Assembly (NCBI GenBank): GCA_016699955.1
Contig: CP064993.1
Coordinates: 540,001 to 572,000 of the forward strand
Length of the DNA stretch: 32,000 nucleotides
Origin: Candidatus Saccharimonadota bacterium
GTDB lineage: Bacteria; Patescibacteriota; Saccharimonadia; Saccharimonadales; UBA4665
Direction: 5' to 3'
The translations under genes were made by a program, and so were the position numbers. Each line of letters starts with the position of its first letter. The stretch's first letter is position 1. The notes beneath the pieces are model-generated. The model was not told the origin of the DNA. It saw only the letters and a program-made list of their open reading frames with translations, and did not search any database. This document shows, piece after piece, positions 21,908 to 30,247 of the stretch.

Positions 21908-23779
21908 ATGACGGCAGAAAACGATAGCCTACATGCCATGAGGCATAGCTTGGCACATATAATGGCAGGGGCAATTCAACACCTGTGGCCAGAGGTCAAA
22001 CTTGGCGTGGGGCCGGTGGTCGAGAACGGGTTTTATTACGACATAGACCTCGGGACAGAGGCAAAACTCAGCGAGGAAGATTTTGGGCGAGTGGAGGATG
22101 AAATGCGCAAAATCATTGCAGACGCGCAGCCATTTGATAAATATATGATGCCCGTGGAACAAGCTCTGTTATGGGCGCGCGACAACGGCCAGCCTTATAA
22201 GGAAGAATTGCTCAATGATCTGCGGCGAGAGGGAACAACCCTGGCCAAAGAACTAGATAGTGCCATGATGGGGCTTCCGGCTGGCATAGGCGGAGTGACT
22301 GCGACGCAAACGGTTACTGAAGTATCATTTTACCGTAACGGCGACTTTTCTGACCTTTGTAGGGGTCCACACGTAGAGTCGACCGACAAAGTCGGGGCGT
22401 TCAAGCTCATGCGCGTAGCTGGGGCGTACTGGCGTGGCAAAGAGGATAATCCTCAGATGCAGCGCGTTTATGGTGTGGCATTTGAGACCGAAAAGGAGCT
22501 ACGCAGCTACCTAGGTATGTTGGAAGAAGCCAAAAAACGCGATCACCGCAAGCTGGGTGCGGAACTAGATCTTTTTGTCTTTTCCGAGCTCGTCGGTCAA
22601 GGTTTGCCGCTGTGGACCCCCAGGGGCACGGTACTCAAGAATGAACTCGACCGTTTCGTACAAGATTTGCGTGACGAGCGAGGTTTTCAGCAGATATCAG
22701 TGCCGCATATTACCAAGAAAGAACTGTATGAAAAAAGTGGCCACTGGACAAAGTTCAAAGACGAATTATTTCGGATAACCACCCGTGAGGGGCACGAGTT
22801 CGCCATGAAGCCCATGAACTGTCCTCATCACACACAAATTTACGCGTCACAACCGCGGAGCTACCGAGATTTACCCATCCGTTACCGCGAATCCACCATG
22901 GTTTACCGCGACGAACAGAGCGGGGAACTGGGCGGGCTTAGTCGGGTTCGGGGGATTACCCAGGACGACGCGCATGTTTTTTGCCGAACGGGTCAGATTG
23001 AGGGCGAAGTGCAAAAGCTATGGGATATTATTGAGACATTCTATAAAACGGTTGGCTTTGAAGATTTGGAGTATCGGCTGTCAACGCACGACCCAGAAGA
23101 TATGAGCCAGTACGCTGGCGGAATAGACAAATGGGATTCATCTGTCACTCAGCTAGAAAATATCCTAAAAACTAAAGTTGGCGACAAATACTATGTTGGG
23201 GTAGGAGAGGCAGCTTTTTATGGTCCGAAAATTGATTTTATGGGGCATGATGCCATCGGTCGAGAGCACCAGGTAGCAACAATTCAGCTGGATTTCAATC
23301 AGCCGGAGGGGTTTGATCTGACTTGCACCAATGAGGATGGTGGAGACGAGCGTATTGTCATGTTGCACTGTGCCGTAATGGGTTCGCATGAGCGTTTCTT
23401 AAGCATTTACATAGAACATACCGCCGGAAAGTTTCCTGTGTGGTGCGCGCCGGAACAGGTGCGGATACTGAGCGTTAACCAAGAGCCAGCAACACTTGCG
23501 TTTGTTGAGAGTTTGCAGCAGGCAGGCAAGGCGCTTGGCCTGCGCATTGAAGCAGACAACAACAACGAATCTGTTGGTAAAAAGATTCGTGCCGCCGAAG
23601 TGTGGAAGGTTCCATATACAATAGTGATAGGTGAGAAAGAGATTGGGGGCGGGGAGCTGACACCGCGTATCCGTAAAGACCTTGTCGTGTCGGAAGATTT
23701 GAAATCATACACGGCCGAAGAATTCTTTAGAACCGTTGCCAACGAAGCCAAGTCCCGTGTCAGTAAAACCTCGCTATAA
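21908..23779 (+). CDS. thrS: Threonyl-tRNA synthetase lacking the N-terminal TGS domain
   Basis: ATG 21908 follows GAGGAG. The protein starts at the editing/SAD domain (MRHSLAHIMAGAIQHLWPEVKLGVGPVVENGFYYDIDL). Class II motifs are present (HRKLG..., FRITTREGHEFAMKPMNCPHH, GLSRVRGITQDDAHVF, GEAAFYGPKID), with a C-terminal anticodon-binding domain. The 35 codons upstream in the ORF track are the T-box terminator. Confidence 0.95.
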   Translation: MTAENDSLHAMRHSLAHIMAGAIQHLWPEVKLGVGPVVENGFYYDIDLGTEAKLSEEDFGRVEDEMRKIIADAQPFDKYMMPVEQALLWARDNGQPYKEELLNDLRREGTTLAKELDSAMMGLPAGIGGVTATQTVTEVSFYRNGDFSDLCRGPHVESTDKVGAFKLMRVAGAYWRGKEDNPQMQRVYGVAFETEKELRSYLGMLEEAKKRDHRKLGAELDLFVFSELVGQGLPLWTPRGTVLKNELDRFVQDLRDERGFQQISVPHITKKELYEKSGHWTKFKDELFRITTREGHEFAMKPMNCPHHTQIYASQPRSYRDLPIRYRESTMVYRDEQSGELGGLSRVRGITQDDAHVFCRTGQIEGEVQKLWDIIETFYKTVGFEDLEYRLSTHDPEDMSQYAGGIDKWDSSVTQLENILKTKVGDKYYVGVGEAAFYGPKIDFMGHDAIGREHQVATIQLDFNQPEGFDLTCTNEDGGDERIVMLHCAVMGSHERFLSIYIEHTAGKFPVWCAPEQVRILSVNQEPATLAFVESLQQAGKALGLRIEADNNNESVGKKIRAAEVWKVPYTIVIGEKEIGGGELTPRIRKDLVVSEDLKSYTAEEFFRTVANEAKSRVSKTSL

Positions 23780-23799
23780 AAAAGTCGGGTACCGAAAAA

Positions 23800-24123
23800 A
23801 TGTTTACCGTAAATTTTGAAGTTGGGTTTCGGGAGCGAGTGGAGTCGGTAGTACGGCAGATTCCTTGGGGGCGGGTTATGACATATGGGCAGATTGCGGC
23901 GTTGTGTGGTAATGCGCGGGCGGCGCGGGTTGTGGGTGGTACCGCCCATTTTGGCGACCCGGATTTACCCTGGCAAAGAGTGGTTAACAAAAGCGGTGGT
24001 TTGGCGAGTGGCTACCCGGGTGGTCGCCGCGCACACGCAGAACACTTGCGTAGAGAAAAAGTCATTGTTTCTGAAGACATGAAAGTGGATGTCGAAAATC
24101 TGCTGTGGTGGCCGGAGGGCTAG
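23800..24123 (+). CDS. Alkyltransferase-like protein (MGMT/Ada DNA-binding domain, active-site Cys replaced by Trp)
   Basis: ...IPWGRVMTYGQIAALCG...PWQRVVN... The PCHRV motif of O6-alkylguanine transferases reads PWQRV here, as in ATL proteins. 107 aa. Confidence 0.8.
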   Translation: MFTVNFEVGFRERVESVVRQIPWGRVMTYGQIAALCGNARAARVVGGTAHFGDPDLPWQRVVNKSGGLASGYPGGRRAHAEHLRREKVIVSEDMKVDVENLLWWPEG

Positions 24124-24158
24124 CGTATTTTGTGGCCAGTCGTTAGTATGTAGGCAAT

Positions 24159-25058
24159 ATGTATATCCCAGCCACCTACGACCAACTAACAATCACTCAG
24201 CCAGCGCTGGTAGTGGTTGTTGGCGAAACTGCCGGCGGTAAGTCGGCGCTTGGTATGGAGATAGCAAAACGTTTTAATGGTGAAATAATCTGCGCCGATT
24301 CGGTCACTGTCTATAGGGGGTTCGACATAGGCTCCGCAAAACCAAGCAAGGCAGATCAGGCTATGATAACGCATCATTTGCTCGACGTCGCAAATGCCGC
24401 AGAGCCATTCACTGTGGCTGAGTTCAAAAAACTGGCCGAGCAGGCGATTGCTAGCATAACGTCCAAGGGAAAGTTGCCGATATTGGTTGGCGGAAGCGGC
24501 CTTTACGTCGATAGTGTCTTGTATGATTATCAGTTTAATTCGGCACCTAACACTAGTGAAAGAGATGTATTAAATACAATGTCACTTTCCGAGCTACGTT
24601 CTCTTGCCGTGAAACGGAGGTTGGATATTACGCGGGTAGATACTGCCAACCCGAGGCGGTTAATACGCCTGATTGAAACAAATGGTGAGCAGTCAACGCG
24701 TTCAAAAATGCGGATAAATACTTGTGTAGTTGGTCTAAAAGTTGACCCCGCTACTTTAAAATCACAGGTGGAAAAACGAGTTGCAGCCATGCTTGAAGTG
24801 GGGCTTGAAAATGAAGTAGAAAAACTGAGCGCACTGTACAAATGGGACTGCGAGTCGATGAAATCTGTCGGCTACCGCGAATGGCGGTACTATTTCGCGG
24901 GGGAGGCCAGTCTTTCCGAGACGGCTGCCCAGATATGTGTTTCTACTATGCAACTCGCAAAGAAACAAAGGACATGGTTTAAGCGCAATAATAGTATTCA
25001 GTGGGTTTCTGACCCCAGTTCTGCTGTAGAAATTATAACAACATTTCTGAACAAATAG
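24159..25058 (+). CDS. miaA: tRNA dimethylallyltransferase MiaA
   Basis: P-loop GETAGGKSALGMEIA is followed by ICADSVTVYRGFDIGSAKPS and ...HHLLDV... 299 aa. Confidence 0.9.
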   Translation: MYIPATYDQLTITQPALVVVVGETAGGKSALGMEIAKRFNGEIICADSVTVYRGFDIGSAKPSKADQAMITHHLLDVANAAEPFTVAEFKKLAEQAIASITSKGKLPILVGGSGLYVDSVLYDYQFNSAPNTSERDVLNTMSLSELRSLAVKRRLDITRVDTANPRRLIRLIETNGEQSTRSKMRINTCVVGLKVDPATLKSQVEKRVAAMLEVGLENEVEKLSALYKWDCESMKSVGYREWRYYFAGEASLSETAAQICVSTMQLAKKQRTWFKRNNSIQWVSDPSSAVEIITTFLNK

Positions 25059-25119
25059 GTTTTTTGTTCAGCGCAAAATCTGCTACACTATGAACAGCAC
25101 TGAATAAGGGAGGTGCAAC

Positions 25120-25779
25120 ATGATTGAACAGCTATTTGGATCAAAAACGCGCGTAAAGCTTCTACATCTTTTTTATGAAAACCCGAACCGGTCATTCTAT
25201 GTTCGTGAAATCACGCGCAAGATAGACGAGCAAATCAACTCGGTGCGGCGCGAGTTGGCTAATCTACTGAACATCGGTATTATCACGAGCGACTCTAGCA
25301 ATAACAAAGTTTACTACGAGGTTAATCAAAAGTACTCGTACTACGTGCCTTTACAAGAAATTTTTGGTGGGCAAAAACCGCGGAAGCTTCGCAAAGCGAC
25401 AGCCATCCCCGCAGTAGCCCCGTCTTCGGACGAGGCAGCTGGTGAGGTACAAGCAGTTACAGAGGCTCCCGTACAAGTCGAAGTTGATGAGCCAGCCGAG
25501 TTGAAACAACTAGGCAACGTTGAAATTGCTGCGCTGATGGGACAGTTTACGCGGGACGAAACGAGTGGTGTAGATGTATTGATTGTGGGAAATGTGAATC
25601 GCAATGCTTTACAGAAGTACGTAACCGAACTTGAAGAAAAAGAAGGTAAAGAGCTGCGTTATACTGTTTTTTCGCTCGAAGATTTTCGTTACCGAGTTCA
25701 GATAAAGGATCGATTTATATCAAACGTCCTGCTTTCGAAAAAGCAGGTGTTGCTCGACAAACAAAACCTACTCGGATAG
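25120..25779 (+). CDS. Winged-helix transcriptional regulator (ArsR/MarR-like N-terminus) with acidic linker and C-terminal domain of unknown function
   Basis: LFGSKTRVKLLHLFYENPNRSFYVREITRKIDEQINSVRRELANLLNIGIITS is a wHTH pattern. AGGGAGG RBS upstream. Confidence 0.65.
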   Translation: MIEQLFGSKTRVKLLHLFYENPNRSFYVREITRKIDEQINSVRRELANLLNIGIITSDSSNNKVYYEVNQKYSYYVPLQEIFGGQKPRKLRKATAIPAVAPSSDEAAGEVQAVTEAPVQVEVDEPAELKQLGNVEIAALMGQFTRDETSGVDVLIVGNVNRNALQKYVTELEEKEGKELRYTVFSLEDFRYRVQIKDRFISNVLLSKKQVLLDKQNLLG

Positions 25780-25877
25780 GTTGGCGGATACTCCTTGGTA
25801 CGGTATAGTAATGGTAATGGGTTTTGGAATTTCCTAACTCCTCACTACCAACTTCTAAGTACTGGAGCCAAGAGACA

Positions 25878-26504
25878 ATGGATATACAATTTTACGGTGC
25901 AAATTGCGTTACGATAACTACTAAAAACGTTCGTTTGGTTTTTGATGATAACTTGGTTCAGCTTGGTGCAAAGCCCGTGTCGCGCGAAGGCGATGTTTGT
26001 TTATTTACTGCAGCCCACCCTGAGCCAGTCAAAGGAACAAAAATGACCATAGATATGGCCGGTGAATACGAGGTGAGCGGTGTCAACATACTGGGTATAC
26101 AGGCTCGGGCGCACATGGATGGTGACTCCGAGCGTAACGCAACTATGTACAAAGTTACGGCCGGTGATGTCAGGGTGCTTGTTATTGGGCATATCTATCC
26201 AAAGCTAAGCGAATCAAAGCTCGAAAAAATTGGCTTAGTAGATATACTGTTGGTTCCTGTTGGCGGCACTGGCTACACCATGGATCCGACGGGTGCCTTG
26301 CAGGTAGTCAAAGAAATAGAGCCAAAGGTGTTTGTGCCAACACACTATGCGGATAGTGAGCTACAATACGAAGTTCCTCAGCAATCTCTAGAGGATGCTC
26401 TCAAGGCTTTTGGCATGGAGCCAAAGGAAACGACTAAAAAGTATCAGTTTAAGCCAGCCGAGATGTCCGATACCACGCAACTAGTTATACTAGAAAAAGC
26501 CTAA
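25878..26504 (+). CDS. MBL-fold (Lactamase_B_3-like) protein, metal-binding motif apparently degenerate
   Basis: MDIQFYGANCVTITTKNVRLVFDD... and ...ILLVPVGGTGYTMDPTGALQVVKEIEPKVFVPTHY resemble UPF0173/UlaG-like hydrolases. No HxHxDH was seen. I prefer ATG 25878 (GGAG upstream) to the TTG at 25824. Confidence 0.6.
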   Translation: MDIQFYGANCVTITTKNVRLVFDDNLVQLGAKPVSREGDVCLFTAAHPEPVKGTKMTIDMAGEYEVSGVNILGIQARAHMDGDSERNATMYKVTAGDVRVLVIGHIYPKLSESKLEKIGLVDILLVPVGGTGYTMDPTGALQVVKEIEPKVFVPTHYADSELQYEVPQQSLEDALKAFGMEPKETTKKYQFKPAEMSDTTQLVILEKA

Positions 26505-26614
26505 CAGGCTGGTTTTTAATAGTCTTTATAATCCCAGCTCGGTAATAAGCATCACTTTTAGTGCCTTGACACGTTAGGTGGGCGAGTTTGGGTAAACTAC
26601 CAACTATCAGCCTT

Positions 26615-26806
26615 TTACGCGAGGAGGCCTTTTTTCTTGAGGGTGCGAATAGCTTGAGTACTGATTTTTAGTTTTACTTTTTTACCGTCAACTTCAACAG
26701 TTTTGGTCTGAAGATTTGGCTTCCAGACTTTTTTGGTGTGGCGCTGCGAGAAGCTGACATTGCTGCCGTACTGCTTGCCTTTGCCGGTAAGATCACATTT
26801 TTGCAT
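26615..26806 (-). CDS. rpmB: 50S ribosomal protein L28
   Basis: MQKCDLTGKGKQYGSNVSFSQRHTKKVWKPNLQ... is the canonical L28 N-terminus. 63 aa. GGAG RBS upstream. Confidence 0.93.
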   Translation of the reverse strand: MQKCDLTGKGKQYGSNVSFSQRHTKKVWKPNLQTKTVEVDGKKVKLKISTQAIRTLKKKGLLA

Positions 26807-26890
26807 GATTGCTCCGAGTTAGGATTAGATTCAAGTTGGTATTGTACATAGTTTCACCCCTGAAGTCAACGCTGCTATACTAGTAGGGTA

Positions 26891-27502
26891 ATGACAGAGT
26901 TTTCTCCTTACTACCTGTTTATCGTGATTATATGCCTGCTAGGGGCTATGACGGTGCATGAGTTTATGCATGCGTATATTGGCTTTAAGCTAGGGGACTC
27001 GACCGCCCGGGACGAGGGCAGGGTGTCTCTTAACCCGCTTAGTCATATTGATCCATTTATGACAGTCGTATTGCCAGCCATAACCTGGGCAATTTTTAAT
27101 GTATTGTTTCTAGCCGCGAAGCCAGTTCCGTTTAACCCCGGGAGAGTAAAGTACGAAGAGTACGGAGCTGCTATGATAGCCGCCGCGGGGCCAGTGTCTA
27201 ATCTGTTATTGGCCATTGTTACGGCATTTGTACTAAAAACAGTAGCGTTAAGCGGTTTTGCGTATGACGTCATGACGACATTTTTATTTTTAAATGTTGG
27301 GCTTTTTGTGTTTAATCTTCTGCCCATTCCGCCCCTAGATGGTTCGCGTGTGCTCTATGCATTTGCACCAGAACCCGTACAAGAGTTTATGGAACGTATC
27401 GAGCCCTACGGTTTTGTGATTATACTGGCGCTCGTTGTTATGGGTGGTTTGGGCGGGTGGCTGGGTACTCTCAACCAAGCGGTGTTGCAGGCAATTGTAT
27501 AA
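26891..27502 (+). CDS. Site-2 protease family zinc metalloprotease (peptidase M50)
   Basis: HEFMH (HExxH) sits in TM1 and NLLPIPPLDGSRV in a later TM. 203 aa, polytopic. A TGcTATACT box lies 9 nt upstream of the ATG. Confidence 0.85.
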   Translation: MTEFSPYYLFIVIICLLGAMTVHEFMHAYIGFKLGDSTARDEGRVSLNPLSHIDPFMTVVLPAITWAIFNVLFLAAKPVPFNPGRVKYEEYGAAMIAAAGPVSNLLLAIVTAFVLKTVALSGFAYDVMTTFLFLNVGLFVFNLLPIPPLDGSRVLYAFAPEPVQEFMERIEPYGFVIILALVVMGGLGGWLGTLNQAVLQAIV

Positions 27503-27512
27503 AATAGCCGGG

Positions 27513-27980
27513 TTACTTATTATTAAATTTATCCCAAGGAATCAGTAAACCGAATAATGCAATGTATATGCCGTGTGGCAGTACCTGGGCGCCGGCAATG
27601 GCCATACCAAGGTTAAAATCTGCTTCTGAATCGTAGAATTTCTCTGGTAGGCGAGCGCCGGTTAGTATAATTGTTTTGCCTTTTATGTTTGATAGTTCTT
27701 TGGCGGTCTTATGAATGGTGTCGGTACCGTGTGTTATAACAATACGTTCTTCTTTGACGCTATCGACTGCCTTTTTGACAAGTTTTCTATCTAGATCGGT
27801 CATGTCTAGGCTATCTTTTCTCAGTACAGACATTGTTTGGTATGAAAAATCAGGGTTTGCTCGTTCTAGTGTACGTAAAAAACTAGGATCACCTATCTCA
27901 AAGTAGTATCCGTGATTGTTATCGTTTTCGGGGTAGTCTTTGTCTATTGTGCCACCCGTTTGGACGAAAAGTATTGTCAT
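27513..27980 (-). CDS. Single-domain L-asparaginase-like protein (N-terminal catalytic domain only, 155 aa)
   Basis: The asparaginase catalytic motifs are VQTGGTIDK (TGGTI) and ITHGTDT. There is no C-terminal domain. Confidence 0.7.
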   Translation of the reverse strand: MTILFVQTGGTIDKDYPENDNNHGYYFEIGDPSFLRTLERANPDFSYQTMSVLRKDSLDMTDLDRKLVKKAVDSVKEERIVITHGTDTIHKTAKELSNIKGKTIILTGARLPEKFYDSEADFNLGMAIAGAQVLPHGIYIALFGLLIPWDKFNNK

Positions 27981-28239
27981 GCTTTTCAGTATAACGTGTT
28001 ACCAGCCCTGTTACAATAAGCCAACGAGAGTTATAATAGACTAGCTGGGTAAGCCCCGCCTCAGGCGGAGTGGCCACTATATGATTATCTGAATACTAAT
28101 CATAGGGGAGCTCAATATTTGTCTGAAACCTTGGTTGCAGCGTGCGAGCACCCACCTTGAATCTTTTTCAGGGCTAATCATGTGGCCGCCCAGCACTAAT
28201 CTAGTCATTGTCAGCTAAAGAGTTAATAGGTGTTGAATA

Positions 28240-29073
28240 TCAACGAGAGGTAGAAGTAGGGTAGCAAATGGCAGCTCCAAGAACGAGAGCAGTAGGTAAT
28301 CGCCGTGCTGCCTCTTGTATAAGCCAACGATTGTGTCTTGCTTTTACACCAGGTACAGCAACTGCTGTTAGTGTTTGAGCAATTGTTCCGTCTGGTTTTT
28401 CCCAAATAGCTGAAAGATAATTTATGCCGCTTTCTTCAGGTCTATCGCGCCAACTAACGTTTTTATCTGGTTCTCGTTTTCCTGTTACATCTGCATCTTC
28501 GCCGTGCATTACACCGTAGTATGTTTGTGCACTGTGCTTTTCCATTAAGAGCTGAGCTAATTGCTTAGTGCCACCACCTGTTACCCAATCGTCTACAAAT
28601 AGCACTCGAAGTTGTTCGTTATCGGCAGGTTCATTTCCGTGCTGTTGGCCAAAGCGCCTACTAGCCTCAATAATTATATCTATCTTTGCTTGAAGCACAT
28701 CATAGTCTTCTGTCTTACTGATCCGTGCAAAATGAAGCTTACCGTCAAGTGTTGGAAATGGTTGGCCGCCCCTTGTTCGCTGCCATGCAGCGTGCACAGC
28801 TAAACCAAATAAGCGGCCACCTCTATCACAGGCAATAACAATATGTGGCTTTACATCTTCCATAAACTCTAGAACTGGCAAGGCCATTGCTGGTAAATGC
28901 TCTGGTTTTGTTGCACTCAATGCTAGCGAGCCTACGAATTCCTGCTGTCCAAACTCGTCATTCGACGATCGCTGGGGCACAGCTAGTAGACGTTCCAGCA
29001 ATCCTTGCATTGGCCCGCTGGTTATAGAGAGACCGCTGGTGACTTCCGGCATGGCTACAGCACTTTCACTCAA
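28240..29073 (-). CDS. Phosphoribosyltransferase-domain protein with N- and C-terminal extensions
   Basis: PRPP-binding motif LRVLFVDDWVTGGGT. The ORF-track start is a TTG at 29073, and an in-frame ATG at 29052 is equally possible. A TGtGATAAT box lies upstream on the minus strand. Confidence 0.7.
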   Translation of the reverse strand: MSESAVAMPEVTSGLSITSGPMQGLLERLLAVPQRSSNDEFGQQEFVGSLALSATKPEHLPAMALPVLEFMEDVKPHIVIACDRGGRLFGLAVHAAWQRTRGGQPFPTLDGKLHFARISKTEDYDVLQAKIDIIIEASRRFGQQHGNEPADNEQLRVLFVDDWVTGGGTKQLAQLLMEKHSAQTYYGVMHGEDADVTGKREPDKNVSWRDRPEESGINYLSAIWEKPDGTIAQTLTAVAVPGVKARHNRWLIQEAARRLPTALVLGAAICYPTSTSR

Positions 29074-29198
29074 GAGGTTGTATTATCACAGTAAGGCATG
29101 TAGTGGGTAGTCCTGAACATACATTAACTTTGTCATACTAATGATTATATGTCAATTTTGCCGACTACTAAATCGCGGATGATAGAGGGGTTAGTATT

Positions 29199-29936
29199 TT
29201 AGACCTTGCCGTTAAGACAGAACCCGCCAATTGCAGCGTAATGTCCAACTCGTGTTGTTTGCACATTTGGGTTAACCCCTGCTTCTTGTGCCGCTTGTAC
29301 AAACTCCATTTGATAGCGAGTAGGAATAATATCATCCCTATTAGATACCAGTATGCGTACGTCTTTACCTGCCAAAGCACCAATGTGCGTAGCGGGTGCA
29401 GCGTCGTGCCACGCATTCTCGACATAAGCTAAGTCTTGGCCACTCTGCTCAATACCCGCTCTAACGTGCTGCGTTCTTGTCCCGTCCCACATACTTCGGG
29501 CTAGGCTACTTGCGGTGCATACAAGTACTGCACTATCAAAAGCGGGGAATTTACTGGTTGTCGTAGCTAGCACGGTATTGCCTATACTCATACCAATTAG
29601 CCGCACCTTAGCGTAACTGCGTTTCTCAACCGTGTGTGTTAATTCGGCTGAAATCGTATCTCTCATGTGTGCATAGGAAGCCCTGACAAGCTCTGTGTTG
29701 GGCTTTAGAATCTCGTCGTGGAAGTAATAAGCCAACACGGCGTCGCCTTTGCGGGCTAACCCATCTATTAACCGCTCGTAAAGCTGTCCACCACCGTGCC
29801 ACGGCGGAAAAATAACGTGCAGATTGCGCCCGCTCTCATTAACGAACCTACGTCTAGTGATAGCATGCTCGGGTTTATATTGCCTTGTAAATACATCCTT
29901 TGGTGTGTTGTTCTTGACAAAATATCTATCTAGCAT
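29199..29936 (-). CDS. Alpha/beta-fold hydrolase
   Basis: Nucleophile elbow GMSIG (GxSxG), with later SNRDD and GHY consistent with a Ser-Asp-His triad. 245 aa. Confidence 0.75.
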   Translation of the reverse strand: MLDRYFVKNNTPKDVFTRQYKPEHAITRRRFVNESGRNLHVIFPPWHGGGQLYERLIDGLARKGDAVLAYYFHDEILKPNTELVRASYAHMRDTISAELTHTVEKRSYAKVRLIGMSIGNTVLATTTSKFPAFDSAVLVCTASSLARSMWDGTRTQHVRAGIEQSGQDLAYVENAWHDAAPATHIGALAGKDVRILVSNRDDIIPTRYQMEFVQAAQEAGVNPNVQTTRVGHYAAIGGFCLNGKV

Positions 29937-30049
29937 AGGGTATTGTTTTTAACATATTACAAACAATGTGTGAAGTACGTATAAATTTTCTAGGCTATAA
30001 AGCTAAATTTACCATACGTTTTGATGGTGGATTTAGAAAAAGTTTCTTC

Positions 30050-30125
30050 TGGTCGGGGTGACAGGACTTGAACCTGCGACCTCACGGCCCCCAGCCGTAC
30101 GCGCTACCAACTGCGCCACACCCCG
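30050..30125 (-). tRNA. tRNA-Pro (anticodon GGG), CCA encoded
   Basis: The reverse complement is CGGGGUG UG GCGC AGUUGGUA GCGC G UACGG CUGGGGG CCGUG AGGUC GCAGG UUCAAGU CCUGU CACCCCG A CCA. Confidence 0.92.
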
Positions 30126-30247
30126 ATAGTGTGCGTTTGTATTGTATCAAATGTGCTGTGATTTTGGCCGTTCGTTCCTCACGGTCACCTACGGCGACCC
30201 CGAAACTTGCAGACTGCTCAGTAGAGGTTACGTGGTACCATAGGTTC

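Noticed and set aside
28022-28265. Direct repeat CAACGAGAG plus a similar ~15 nt at 28022 and 28241, flanking the noncoding gap.
   Set aside because: Only 9 exact nt plus a loose extension. The second copy is within the PRTase coding end. This is compatible with chance and shows no other element hallmarks.
30068-30247. 60-codon N-terminal extension of the PCD-RNase H ORF.
   Set aside because: It overlaps tRNA-Pro on the opposite strand and has no PCD similarity. The conserved domain starts right after ATG 30248.
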